Positions 26,262 through 38,422 of a stretch of DNA of 64,000 nt are shown piece after piece (positions within the stretch are counted from its first letter, which is position 1; the number at the start of each line of letters is the position of its first letter). The stretch comes from Eledone cirrhosa (lineage: Eukaryota). The DNA lies in assembly GCA_964016885.1 (NCBI GenBank), contig OZ024745.1, positions 13,020,001 through 13,084,000 of the forward strand, in the 5' to 3' direction. The notes under the pieces were generated by a model. It did not search any database, was not told the origin of the DNA, and saw only the letters and a program-made list of their open reading frames with translations. The position numbers and the translations under genes were made by a program.

Positions 26262-29200
26262 ATGACTTTTTTCTCTGGGTTCATGTTAGATTTAGGGTAA
26301 GTTTTACTGTTAATGGTAAGTTTATTGTTAGTGACTGTGTTACTGTTAGCATTACTGTCACTGTTTGCGTTACTGTCTGCGTTAGCATTTGCATAAGCGT
26401 CTATGTAAGCTTTTGTGTTAGTGTCTATGTAAACTGGTGTTAGTGTTTGCGTAAGTGTCAGCATTTGCGTCAGCGTCTGCACTGGTGATAGTGATTGTGT
26501 CAGCATTTCCCTTAGTGTCTAAGTCAACATTAGTGTTAGCATTAGTGTTTGTTTCAGTGCCTGCGTCTACGTCAGCTTCTGAGTCAGCATTATCATTAGC
26601 GTCCGCGTCAGCATCAGTGTGCACGTCAGTATTTGCATTAGTGTTTGAGTCAGTGTTAGCATCAGCGTTTGCATTTGTGTAGGGGTTAGCATTTGTGTCA
26701 GCATCTGCATCAGCATTCACATTAGTCTTTGTCAGCATTTCCGTTAGCGTCTGTGTCAGTGTGTATGTTAGCTTCTACGTCAGCGTTTTCGTCTGTGTCA
26801 GTATCAGTATTTACATCTACATCAGCGTCAGCGTTTCAGTTAACGTCAGTGTTTATGTTAGCGTCTGTGTCAGCGTTTACGTTAGAGTCTGTGCCAGCGT
26901 TTACGTTAGCTTCTACGTCAGCGTTTCCGTAACGTGTACGTCAGCGTTTTCCGTTAGCATTAGCGTTTCCATTAACCTTTCCTGTGGCGTCCGCATCATT
27001 GCAGCGTCTGCATATCCCATGTAAGCGTTAACTTCAGCATTTGCGTCAGCCCTAGCGTCCGCATCAGCATTTGCGTTAGCGTCAGCATACACGTCAGCGC
27101 CGGCAATACTGCCTCAACATTTGCGTCAGCGTTAGCTTGGCTTTGGCTTCAGCAATCCGCATCAGCAATTGCGTTTTGGAGATCAGCTTCGGCGGTAAGG
27201 GTAAACGCTAACTTCTACGCCTGCTTCTACGTAACAACTACGTCAGCGTTTTGTTAGCTTCTACGTCAGCGTTTACGTTTGCTTCTACATCAGCATCTAC
27301 GTTAGCTTCTACGTCAGTGTCTACGTTAACATCTACATCATCGTTTACGTTAGCTTCTATGTCAGCATCTACATTAGCTTCTACGTCAGCGCTTACATTA
27401 GTGTCTGTGTCAGCATTTGTGTTAGCTTTTACGTCAGCGTCTGTGTCTGTATTTACATCTACATCAGCGTCAGTGTTTACGTTAGCGTCTGTGTCAGCGT
27501 TTACGTTAGAGTCTGTGCCAGCGTTTACGTTAGCTTCTACGTCAGCGTTTCCGTAACGTGTACGTCAGCGTTTTCCGTTAGCATTAGCGTTTCCATTAAC
27601 CTTTCCTGTGGCGTCCGCATCATTGCAGCGTCTGCATATCCCATGTAAGCGTTAACTTCAGCATTTGCATCAGCGTTAGCGTTAGCCTTAGCCCTAGCGT
27701 CCGCATCAGCATTTGCGTTAGCGTCAGCATACACGTCAGCGCCTGGCAATACTGCCTCAACATTTGCGTCAGCGTTAGCTTGGCTTTGGCTTCAGCAATC
27801 CGCATCAGCAATTGCGTTTTGGAGATCAGCTTCGGCGGTAAGGGTAAACGCTAACTTCTACGCCTGCTTCTACGTAACAACTACGTCAGCGTTTTGTTAG
27901 CTTCTACGTCAGCGTTTACGTTTGCTTCTACATCAGCATCTACGTCAGCTTCTACGTCAGTGTCTACGTCATCGTTTACGTTAGCTTCTATGTCAGCATC
28001 TACATTAGCTTCTATGTCAGCGCTTACATTAGTGTCTGTGTCAGCGTTTGTGTTAGCTTCTACGTCTATGTCAGTGTCTGTATTCACATCTACATCAGCG
28101 TTAGCGTTTATGTTAGCATCTGTTTCAGCGTTTATATTAGCTCTGCGTCAGTTTTTACGTTAGCATCTGTGTTAACGTGTGCTAGTGTCTGTGTCAGCGT
28201 CTGTGTCAGCGTCAGCGTCTGCGTCAGCATTTTCATTAGTGTTTCCTTTAGCTTCTACGTCAATGTTTACGCCTGCATTAAGGTTCACATTAGCATCGCT
28301 GTCATCGTTTTCGTTTGCTTTAACATCTGGATCAACATTTGCGTCTGTTTGCATTAGTGTCTGCATTTGCTTTTTTTATATCAGTGTCAGCGTTAGAGTC
28401 TGGGTAGCATTTACATCAGCGTGTACGTCAGAGTCTTTGTCAGCATTCGCCTTTGCACCTGCATTAGTATTCACGTTAGTGTTTGTGTCAGCGTAAGCGA
28501 TTGTGTCAACATTTGCACTAGCGTTTGTGCCAGCATAGCCATCTTCGTCAGTGTCAGCGTTGGCGTTGGCGTTAGTGTTTGATTTTGTATTAGTGTTAGC
28601 ATTTTTGTTAGTGTTAGTGTTCAGGTTAATGTTGACTTAGTTTTCAGGTTAGGGCTCGTGTTACTTTTAATGTTAGTGCTCAGGTTAGTGGTTTATGGTA
28701 GTGTTAGTTTTAGTGTTCAGGTTAATGTTCGTGTTAATGTCAGTGCTCAGGTTAGTGTTAGTGTTTACTGTAGTGTTAGTTTTAGTGTTGAGGTTAATGT
28801 TAGCTTAGTTTTCTGGTTAGTGTTAGTGTTAGTGTTAGTTTTTATGGTAGTGTTAGTGTTACTGTTAGTGCTCAGATCAGTGTTAGTGTTTGTGTTACTG
28901 TTTATGGTAGTGTTAGTTTAAGTGTTAATGTTAGTTTTAGTGTTAAGGTTAGTGTTTGTTTTTGTGTTAATATTTTTGTTAGTATCTCTGTTAGCATTAG
29001 TGATTGATGTTTCCATTAGTGTTAGTGATTGTGTTAGCGTTAGTCTTTGTTTTTGTGTTAATGTTAGCATTAGTATTTCTGTTAGTGTTAGCATGAGTGT
29101 TTGTGTTAGTTTTCAGGTTAGTGTTAGTGTTCAAGTTAGTGTTAGAGATTGTGTTAGTGTTAGTATTTGTTTTTGTGTTAGTATCTATGTTAGCATTAGT

Positions 29201-30216
29201 ATTTCTGTTAGTGTTAGCATTAGTGTTTATGTTAGTGTTCAAGTTAATGTTAGTGTGAGAGATTGCGTTAGTGTTTGTTTTTGTGTTAATATTTGTGTTA
29301 GTATCTCTGTTAGCGTTAGTGTTTATTTTAGTGTTGAAGTTAATGTTAGCTTAGTTTTCTGGTTAGTATCAGTTTTCAGATTAGTGTTTGTGTTAGTGTT
29401 ACTTTTAGTGTTAGTGCTCAGGTTAGTGTTTGTGGTAGTGTTAGTTTTAGTGTAAGTGTTCAGGTTAGTGTTAGTGTTCAAGTTAATGTTAGTTTTAGTG
29501 TTAAGGTTAATGTTAGTTTTAGTGTTAAGGTTAGTGTTAGAGATTGTGTTAGTGTTAGTATTTGTTTTTGTGTTAATATTTGTGTTAGCATCTCTGTTAG
29601 CATTAGTGTTTGATGTTTCCATTAGTGTTAGTGATTGTGTTAGCGTTAGTCTTTGTTTTTGTGTTAAGGTTAGCGTTAATGTTAGCATTAGTATTTCTGT
29701 TAGTGTTAGCATTAGTATTTCTGTTAGTGTTAGCATTAGTGTTTATGTTAGTGTTCAAGTTAATGTTAGTTTTAGTGTTGAGGTTAGTGTTAGAGATTGC
29801 GTTAGTGTTTGTTTTTGTGTTAATATTTGTGTTAGTGTTGAAGTTAATGTTAGCTTAGTTTTCTGGTTAGTATCAGTTTTCAGATTAGTGTTTGTGTTAG
29901 TGTTACTTTTAGTGTTAGTGCTCAGGTCAGTGTTAGTGTTTATGGTAGTGTTAGTTTTAGTGCTAGTGTTCGTGCTAATGTTAGTTTTAGTGTAAGTGTT
30001 CAGGTTAGTGTTAGTGTTTACGGTAGTGTTAGTTTTAGTGCTGCTGTTCAGGTTAGTGTTCGTGTCAGTTTTAGTGTTAGTGTTCAGGTTAGTGTTTGTG
30101 TTAGTTTTCATGTTAGCACTAAGTTCACTGTTAGAGCATGTGTGAGTGCAAGTGTTATTTTTAAAGTTCGGTTTTAGCTTAAAGTTAGGTTTTCTACTTT
30201 CCAGGAAAAAAGTTGA
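26262..30216. repeat. Degenerate hexamer array (GTTAGT/GTCAGC/GTTAGC) with an internal ~640-bp duplication
   Basis: 6-nt periodicity throughout; ~26860-27480 is repeated at ~27485-28120. Confidence 0.9.
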
Positions 30217-30429
30217 TCCTCTCTAACTTGAGTGGTGTGATATAGTGTGGTAAAGTATAGTGTTTTGTAGTGTGGTGTTGGATAATGTGGTATGGTTATA
30301 ATGTTTGTCAGTGTGGTGTGGTATGGTATAGGTTGATGTAGTGTGGCTTAGTTTGATTATAATAATTCAAATAATAATAACAATAATAATAGTAATAATA
30401 ATTGTTCTTGTTCATTTTCTTTGTCTTCT

Positions 30430-30545
30430 TCTGTGCCTTTGACTGCTTCTGTGCCTTTGACTGCTTCTGTGCCTTTGACTGCTTCTGTGCCTTTGACTGC
30501 TTCTGTGCCTTTGACTTCTTCTGTGCCTTTGACTTCTTCTGTGCC
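30430..30545. repeat. 18-bp minisatellite (TTCTGTGCCTTTGACTGC), about six copies
   Basis: Read directly from the sequence. Confidence 0.9.
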
Positions 30546-31754
30546 ATCTAAATACCAAAAACAAAGAATGTAAAACATATATGTTGCCTATCTCTCAGAC
30601 TTTACAAAGTGGTGAGGAGATAAAGTTAATTTAAAGAGCAGTGTGCTCATGCACTGTGATCCTATAATGTAGCTTATAAGCTATTTCATAACTAAAAAAC
30701 AATGTCAAACATCAACAAAAGTATATACAAATATCTTTGAATGTTTAAGTTAAACCTAAATAGATCGTATCTAAAGGTCATTAGGTTAAGACTGAACTAA
30801 GATCATATCTATAAATCATTAGGTTTAGACTGAACTGAGATCATACTTCTTTTCGTCATCTTCGTTTCCCGTGTCTTCTTTGTCTTTGTTGTCATTTTCA
30901 TTTTCATTTTAGTCATCTGCTTCGTCGTCTTTTTCTTCTTTTCCATCTAAATATAAAAAAAAATTGTAAACAAATATATAGCTGATCTCTCAGACTTTCA
31001 CGAAACACCGAGGAGATAGAGTTAATATAACGAGTGGGGAGCTCATATATATATATATATATATGGTATAGCATGGTGTTATGTGGTCTGGTGTGGTACA
31101 ACATGGTGTGATGTGGTGTGGTATGATATGGTGAGGCGGGGGAGGGGGACAACGTTAGATTAATGTTAACAATACACATGTAGCATCCACATGTGATGAG
31201 AAGGGGGAAACAGTGTTTAACTAATTTTAACATTACATGTAGCATCCATCTACAGGTGGTTAAGTTAAGACTGAGGTGTAATCATATGAAAAGGTCAATT
31301 TAAAACTACACAGATTCTGCTTAAAATGATGGTCAATGAAGTGTTTACTTACTCAGATCCTTTGAAATAACTTTCTTTCTCTTACTGTAACTGGACATAC
31401 CTACGAAATAGAAAACAGTCGAATAGAGAGTGGTGTGGTGTGGTGTGGTGTAGTGTAGTGTGGTGTGCGGTTTAGTGTAGTGGACAGTGGTGTGGTGTAG
31501 TGTAGTGGAGTGTGGTTTAGTGTAGTCGACAGTGGTGTGGTGTAGTGTGGTTCAATGTAGGGTGGGGATATGGTGTAGTGGAGTGTGGTGGGATGTAGTG
31601 TGGTAGCATGTGGTGTGTTGGCATGTGATGTGATGTGGCGTGGCGTGGTGAAATGTGATGTGATGTGATGTGGTGAAATGTGGCATGGTGTGGTGAAATG
31701 AGACGAGACGAGATGTGATGTGGTGTGATGTGATGTGAAATTTTGTCCTCCTAT

Positions 31755-32794
31755 TTTTCATGTGCTATCAACTAATCCAATCTCCAAGATGCTTGAAACC
31801 AACTTTCTCCCCCCAGGAAAACGGCGGGGTGAGGTGGTTCCCCCTTCACCCGGATAACCCCTGCTTACTCGGAATTTTCTCTTTGATTCTATTTTCATGC
31901 GTTATCAGTGAATATGACTTCCAAACCAGTCAAAAACAACTAGCTTTGGAGAAAGAGGAGAGGGAGAGGGGAAGAGTTTTGCAGATCTACACCCCACTCA
32001 CATGTTGTGGGACTTAATCATTTTCGGTATATTTCCTGTGCTATTAATTTCCTGTGCTATTTCCTATGCTATTTCCTATGCTATTTCCTATGCTATTTCC
32101 TATGCTATTTCCTGTGCTATTAATTAATCTGACCTCCTAGATGCTTCCAATCAACTTATTTCCCTGGGTTAGGTTTAGGGTGGGGTAATGTTTAGGGTTT
32201 AGTTTTAGGGTTGGGGTAAAGTTTAGGGTTTAGCTTTAGGTTTGGGGTAAAGTTTAGGGTTTAGCTTTAGGTTTGGGGTAAAGTTTAGGGTTTAGTTTTA
32301 GGGTTGGGGTAAAGTTTAGGGTTTAGCTTTAGGTTTGGGGTAAAGTTTAGGGTTTAGTTTTAGGGTTGGGGTAATGTTTAGGGTTTAGTTTTATGGTTGG
32401 GGTAATGTTTAGGGTTTAGATTTAGTTTGGTTTGGTTTAGATTTAGGGTTGGGGCTAGATTTAATTTTATGTTTAATTTAGTTTCCAAATCCCAGAAAAA
32501 AAAAATTGATTCAGAGCAACTAAAAGGTCAGATTAGTTGATAGCACTGAAAAGGAGACCGAAGAAAAATCATTAGGGTATATATCTACAAAACGACAATG
32601 GCTTTTCCACCTGCTTTACCCCTCCTTTTTCCTAGAACAACTAATCATTTCCAACTGGTTTGGAGGTCATATTCGTTGATAACATGAGAAAACTCTGGGG
32701 TTAAATGAGAGAAGTGCATCCACCTAAGTTTTCCATGAAGAGAGAGTCAATAACAAACATCTTGGAGTTCGGATTAGTTGATAACACATGAAAA
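31755..32794. mobile_element. ~1-kb foldback/MITE with a telomere-like (TTTAGGG/TTAGG) core
   Basis: Nested imperfect inverted repeats, e.g. 32114-32168 vs 32491-32546 and 31755-31790 vs 32760-32794; G-rich ~29-bp repeats at 32165-32460; flanked by GTGTG/GTGTA microsatellites. Confidence 0.75.
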
Positions 32795-33276
32795 AAAGAT
32801 GAGGAAAAAATTTTGGGTGTTATGTGGTGTGTGTGGAGTGGTGTGTTGTGGTGTGTTTTTATGTGGAGTGGAGTAGTGTGGTGTGTTGTGGTGTGTTTTT
32901 ATGTGGAGTGGAGTAGTGTGGTGTAGTGTTGTATTATTTTTATGGGGTGTGGTGTGATGTGGTGCGGTGCACTGTGGTGTTGTGCAGTGTGGTGTTGTGC
33001 AGTGCGGTGTTGTGCAGTGCGGTGCAGTGAGGTTCTTCATCTTTATCTTCATCTTTGTATTCATCTTTGTATTCATCTTTGTATTCATCTTTGTATTCAT
33101 CTTCTTTGTTTTGTCTTCCATCTAAACAAACAAAAATATATATATAAAACATATGTAGCCAATCTCTCAGACTTTTACAACTTTGTCTGATTTACTCGTT
33201 TTATTTACAATCCATTAAAATTATAATGGTATTAGAATGAAATAGTATGGTAGAATATTAAGTGTTAAGTGTTAAT

Positions 33277-33315
33277 TGAACAAGTAATTTCATGCTTTCG
33301 CAATCTTCAGGTTCA
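33277..33315 (-). ncRNA. Type I hammerhead (inverted pLTR copy, one stem III substitution)
   Basis: tgaac-CTGAAGA-ttgc gaaa gcat-GAAA-ttac-TT-gttca. Confidence 0.65.
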
Positions 33316-33621
33316 TATTCTGTGGTGACAGTCAAGTTTACAATTTTCAACTGTAATGAGATGGGTAAATTTTGTGCCTTATATACAGTGAAAAGCGGCT
33401 ACATGTGTAGTTTCACTGGATTACTGAAGCTGATTGGTTTAGGCATCACGGTTGGTTGGGCATGTCTAACGACTTCTATTTAGCATCTATTCAAAGCATC
33501 AATTGTTTTGCTATTTTTAGAAATGATGAAAATAGCATTTTCTAGGGTTTTATACCCCTAAGAATTATTATTGTTCATTTAGTTTGGGTTGGAATTTTGA
33601 AAAATATTCCCAAATGCAAAT

Positions 33622-33912
33622 ATGAACTGCAAAAGCAGAAATCTAATTTACTGCATTAAATGCCCGAATTGTGAAGAACTATATGTCGGTCAAACTGGAA
33701 ATGCACTATCGGAACGTGCACGGGTGCACCGACAGCAAATCAGAGACCCAAATGTCCGTCAGATACCCCTGAGTAACCATCTAGCAGCATGTGGTCAGAA
33801 AATATTTATATTTCCATTCTACAAATTACACAGGCCAAGTGAAATCAAGAGAAAAATCACAGAAAAGAATTTTATTGATAAATTCCAACCCAAGCTAAAT
33901 GAACAATTATAA
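33622..33912 (+). CDS. Penelope-type GIY-YIG endonuclease domain (C-terminal remnant)
   Basis: NLIYCIKCPNCEELYVGQT..L..R..H..H..E..I...PKLN motifs. Confidence 0.85.
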   Translation: MNCKSRNLIYCIKCPNCEELYVGQTGNALSERARVHRQQIRDPNVRQIPLSNHLAACGQKIFIFPFYKLHRPSEIKRKITEKNFIDKFQPKLNEQL

Positions 33913-34161
33913 TTCTTAGGGGTATAAAAACCCTAGAAAATGCTATTTACATCATTTCTAAAAATAGCAAAACAATTGATGCTTTGGATAGAGCCAAATA
34001 GAAGTCGTTAGACATGCTCAACCAACCATGACGCCTAAACCAATCAGCTTCAGTAATCCAGTGAAACTACACATGTAGCCGCTTTTCTCTGTATATAAGG
34101 CACAAAATTTACCCATCTCATTACAGTTGAAAATTGCAAACTTGACTGTCACCACAGAATA

Positions 34162-34200
34162 TGAACCTGAAGATTGCGAAAGCATGAAAGTACTTGTTCA
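34162..34200 (+). ncRNA. Minimal type I hammerhead ribozyme
   Basis: Stem I tgaac/gttca, CTGAAGA, stem II tgc-GAAA-gca, GAAA, palindromic stem III A-gtac-T, cleavage triplet CUU. Confidence 0.8.
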
Positions 34201-35120
34201 ATTAACACTTAACACTTAATATTCTAACATACTATTCAGATTACATCTATATATATATACACATGCATATATATATACATACATACATACACATATACAT
34301 ATATACAAATACATATATACATGCATATATATATATATACATATACAATATGTATAGGATTCCTTTCCCTTTGAGCACATAATTTACAGGGAATAACGCG
34401 ACTCTATGGCTCCGTTAATTTATCTTCATATATACATATATATACATACACACACACATATATATACATACACACATATGCATACACACACATGCATACA
34501 CACATATATACATACACACACATATACATACACACACATATACATACACACATATATACATACACACACATATATATAGATTCATACATACATACACACA
34601 CACATATATATATATATGTATAAAGTACTTGACGATGAGCATTCTAGTTGTTCAATAAACTGATTGAATAATACAAACGATGTTTTAATATACAGATTCA
34701 TTATTTGCGTATATATAATATATTTACAGTAGAATAACAGCAAATATGTTTTAAATATATACATAAATAATTACCAATGCTTAAAAAACATTATAAATTG
34801 CTCGCGATTCTTTCAGAAGGATATATTCCTTTAATGTTGCAATATTAAAGAAAATATACGTCTATATATACATACATATATTTATTCAACTAAGGAAAGT
34901 TGGTTGATTGAAAATTTGCCGACTCTTTCATAAGTTTAATATCAACAGTTTATGTTTATCCGGAGTTTTATTATAATAATTGTTTCTACTTTGGCACAAG
35001 GCCAGCAATTACCCAGTGTATTACTGCTACTTTATTTTATCGACCCCATAAGGATGAAAGGCAAAGTTAACCTCGGTGGATTATAATAATAAACAAGAAA
35101 GACGGTATCATTTGCCCATT

Positions 35121-35253
35121 TCATTTGTATAACATCTGCCCTACGTGTTCTCATATCAATGGATATCAACGAATATCTCATATCAACGGATATTTACATC
35201 TTGCATGGATTTTTTGTCGGAAGAAAACACGTAAGGCAGATATTATACAAATG
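35121..35253. mobile_element. Small MITE-like inverted repeat (~29-bp arms)
   Basis: TCATTTGTATAACATCTGCCCTACGTGTT ... AACACGTAAGGCAGATATTATACAAATGA. Confidence 0.6.
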
Positions 35254-35285
35254 ACATATGTCTTCGAAATAAGTATAATAAAATA

Positions 35286-35346
<61 letters not shown>

Positions 35347-35465
35347 AGGTGAGTTTTATTGTAGTACAATAAAGAGCAATGCAGATATCGGATAAGTACC
35401 ACTCTACAGTTTGTAGGACTGGAGTATAAATAATAAGGTCAAAAGATGGTTAAAAGAGTTCCATG

Positions 35466-35533
35466 TATTTTATTATGCGCATTTCAAAAACAAATATCAT
35501 GCGATGACATTTGCGTTTTCGTCAGATAAAATA
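35466..35533 (-). ncRNA. Type I hammerhead ribozyme
   Basis: tattttat-CTGACGA-stem II-GAAA-tgcgca-TA-ataaaata on the minus strand. Confidence 0.82.
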
Positions 35534-36274
35534 GGGAGACATGATATGAAGGTTAAAAAACACTTGTGAATAGTGCAGTTTTAAATCAACTTATGAAAAG
35601 TAATTCAAGATTGATATGTGATATTGGGAAAAAAATGAGGGTGGGTGGGTGGGGTGGAAAGGATGAAAAAGAGGAGGAGATGAGAGTAAAGAATGGAGGG
35701 GGAGGAGTATAATAAGGAAGGATGAGATAGGAGGAGAGATGGGTGATAGAAAGAGAGAGATAGCCTTTATAACTGAGAAAAATATATTGTTTTACTGAGA
35801 GAGGTTAAAAAGCCGTTGGAAGATAATATATAAATTAAAAGAATTTGAAAATTAATGAAAAGAAAAAAATTAAGAATAATGTTAAATTAAGGTTTGTATA
35901 TTGAAGAGTTTAATAATATGTGCGATGAAAAGAAATTGTTAATATATATTAAGAATAATGTTAAATTAAGGTTTGTATATTGAAGGGTTTAATAATGTGT
36001 TAAACCTTAATTTAACATTATTCTTAATATATATTAACAATTTCTTTTCATCGCACATATTATTAAACCCTTCAATATACAAACCTTAATTTAACATTAT
36101 TCTTAATTTTTTCTTTTCATTAATTTTCAAATTCTTTTAATTTATATATTATCTTCCAACGGCTTTTTAACCTCTCTCTCTCTGTAAAACAATATATTTT
36201 TCTCAGTTATAAAAGCTATCTCTCTCTCTCTATCACCCATCTCTCCTATCTCATCCTTCCTTATTATACTCCTC

Positions 36275-37659
36275 CAGTGGCGGATTTAACAGGTGGTGAA
36301 GGTGGAAAATGCCGACTGGGCCCCTGCCGACTGGGCGCTTGCAAAAAAAAAAAATTGTAATTTGGGCGATATCCAAAAATACCTCCCCCATGCCTAGGGC
36401 TAAATAACTTCGCTGTTCGCTGCTGATATGAGGCTAAATAACTTCGCTGCTGGCTGCTGAAATGAGGCTATTCCAACAAATTTACATTCCCTTTTTTTTA
36501 GCCGTTAAAAGAAATATAGATTTATTTATTTATTTGAAACGTTTTTGTTAGTTTCATTGTTTTGTTTTTTTGGCGATAATTTTGTTAGTTTCTTGTTGTT
36601 TTTTTTTAGTTTCTTTTTGATTTATTCCTTGTGACAGTGCTTTGAACGTTCAACAGATAAATTGGAAGAACTCAGATGCGATCACAAATTTGAACAATTT
36701 GTGGACCAGACAAAGAAAGCCTGGAATGACGTGGGATTTGATGCATCTGAAACTAATTTTAAAATAACACGAGTAAGGAGAAGAAAGATTATGGATGGTG
36801 AAGTTTGTGGTGTTGAAAGACTAGCTACTGCTTCAGATAGATATCGCACTGCAATTTATTTTCAATCACTGGATAGTATGATTGGGGAGATGAGAGCCCG
36901 AACTGAAGGAATAAAAAAAATATCTTCAATCTTTGGATTTTTTAGTCCAAATCGACTGGCTAAATGCTCAGATGATGAACTAAAAACACATGTAGCAACA
37001 TTGGTAGATAACTTTCCAAATGAATTCACACTGGAACTCAGAAATGAACTCTTTTCTTTCATTGGCCTCTACTTTTCACAGCCAAACGCAGCTTTAAAAC
37101 AAAGTGGGGTTATGCCATATCTGAAATTTTTACTGAACAATGACTTGTGTGATGTCTTTCCCGAGTTTGAAATTCTGGTAAGGTTATTTCTCACTTTACC
37201 AATTGGCATAGCAAGTGCGGAACGCTCTTTCAGTGTTCTACGAAGAATTAAAAATTATCTTCGTTCAACGATGGGCCAGGAGAGGCTATCCAGTTTTGCC
37301 CTGCTGGCAATTGAAAACAAAATTACTAAATCAGTAAACTTGGACCACGCTATAACTCATTTTTCAACTGTTAAAGCTCGCAGAGGTCTGCGCATGTAAA
37401 AGCAATTTGTGTAAAAGACTAACATATATACAACTTTATTACTTTATTATTTGTTTACAGTACAGCACATCTGTTTGTTTGTTTCAAATAAAGTATACTT
37501 GTAATTTAATTGTCTTCTTAATGATTATTGGTAGCTAAATGGGAAATAAAAAAAAAAACTTTTTCAATACTCGCTCGAAAAGATGGTACTTTAATTTTCA
37601 CTCTGGGACCTCCTTACTGACCAATGCCGACTGGGCCCTATTCCTTAAATCCGCCACTG
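36275..37659 (+). mobile_element. Internally deleted hAT DNA transposon
   Basis: 15-bp TIR CAGTGGCGGATTTAA, perfect 8-bp TSD TACTCCTC (36267-36274 and 37660-37667), subterminal TGCCGACTGGGC repeats. Confidence 0.96.
36662..37399 (+). CDS. C-terminal part of a hAT transposase (dimerisation domain)
   Basis: FPEFEILVRLFLTLPIGIASAERSFSVLRRIKNYLRSTMGQERLS motif; polypyrimidine tract plus AG upstream (~36638) and AATAAA downstream suggest a terminal exon. Confidence 0.85.
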   Translation: MEELRCDHKFEQFVDQTKKAWNDVGFDASETNFKITRVRRRKIMDGEVCGVERLATASDRYRTAIYFQSLDSMIGEMRARTEGIKKISSIFGFFSPNRLAKCSDDELKTHVATLVDNFPNEFTLELRNELFSFIGLYFSQPNAALKQSGVMPYLKFLLNNDLCDVFPEFEILVRLFLTLPIGIASAERSFSVLRRIKNYLRSTMGQERLSSFALLAIENKITKSVNLDHAITHFSTVKARRGLRM

Positions 37660-37826
37660 TACTCCTCCCCCACCATTCTTTACTTTCATCTCCTCTTTTT
37701 CATCCTTTCCACCCCCCCCCCTCATTTTTGCCCCAATATCACATATCAATCTTAAATTACTTTTCATATGTTGATTTAAAACTGCACTATTCATAAGTGT
37801 TTTTTAACCTTCATATCATGTCTCCC

Positions 37827-37897
37827 TATTTTATCTGACGAAAACGCAAATGTCATCGCATGATGATATTTGTTTTTGAAATGCGCATAATAAAATA
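37827..37897 (+). ncRNA. Type I hammerhead ribozyme
   Basis: 8-bp stem I tattttat/ataaaata, CTGACGA, long stem II, GAAA, palindromic stem III A-tgcgca-T, cleavage triplet AUA. Confidence 0.85.
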
Positions 37898-38245
37898 CAT
37901 GGAACCCTTTTAACCACCTTTTGATCTTATATTATATATATACATATACATACATAGTAATAATAATTGTTTCTACTTTAGGCACAAGGCCAGCAATTAC
38001 CCAGTGCATTACTGAATAATAATAATATTTATACTTATATATGATTATAAATATGGATGGTAGTACTAAGTACTAGCCGGAAGGAGAAAAGGCTCAATGT
38101 AAATTTTCAAATGTATTACAGAAGTTTAATACATTTAATTGGTGATAATTTTTTTTTTACATACATACATACATACATATATATATACAATATATTAATA
38201 AATGGAAACTATATTTATCATGGGCCACCGCTTTCATCAGATAAA

Positions 38246-38302
<57 letters not shown>

Positions 38303-38422
38303 AAACTTAATTATTCGTGTAACGTTTTTAATAATTATTTGATATTACTTACCGTTTTCTTATCTTTTGATTTACTGTTTCTTCATTTCTCCTGCGTTTG
38401 TTGAAATTCCCGCTATTCTCTG

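Larger units (their letters stand above)
33241..34236 (+). mobile_element. 5'-truncated Penelope-like element: GIY-YIG ORF between inverted pLTRs
   Basis: ~357-bp inverted arms at 33241-33597 and 33880-34236, each with a hammerhead; GIY-YIG ORF in the centre. Confidence 0.9.
35432..37932. mobile_element. ORF-less palindromic element (~550-bp arms), likely inverted Penelope pLTRs, interrupted by a hAT insertion
   Basis: 35432-35974 is the reverse complement of 36002-36274 plus 37668-37932; each arm has a hammerhead. Confidence 0.85.

Noticed and set aside
26240-30111. Asn/Thr/Ala/Asp- or Val/Leu/Ser-rich ORFs as an antifreeze or structural protein
   Set aside because: Open in many frames on both strands with frequent breaks, as expected for a hexamer repeat.
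32165-32460. True telomere or chromosome fusion site
   Set aside because: Degenerate ~29-bp units on one strand only, enclosed by inverted arms; no head-to-head TTAGGG/CCCTAA junction.
38195-38250. Further hammerhead-like remnants (also ~6855-6900, ~39350-39395, ~54995-55032, ~57030-57085)
   Set aside because: Missing GAAA, several core mismatches or no stem I; not distinguishable from chance by eye.
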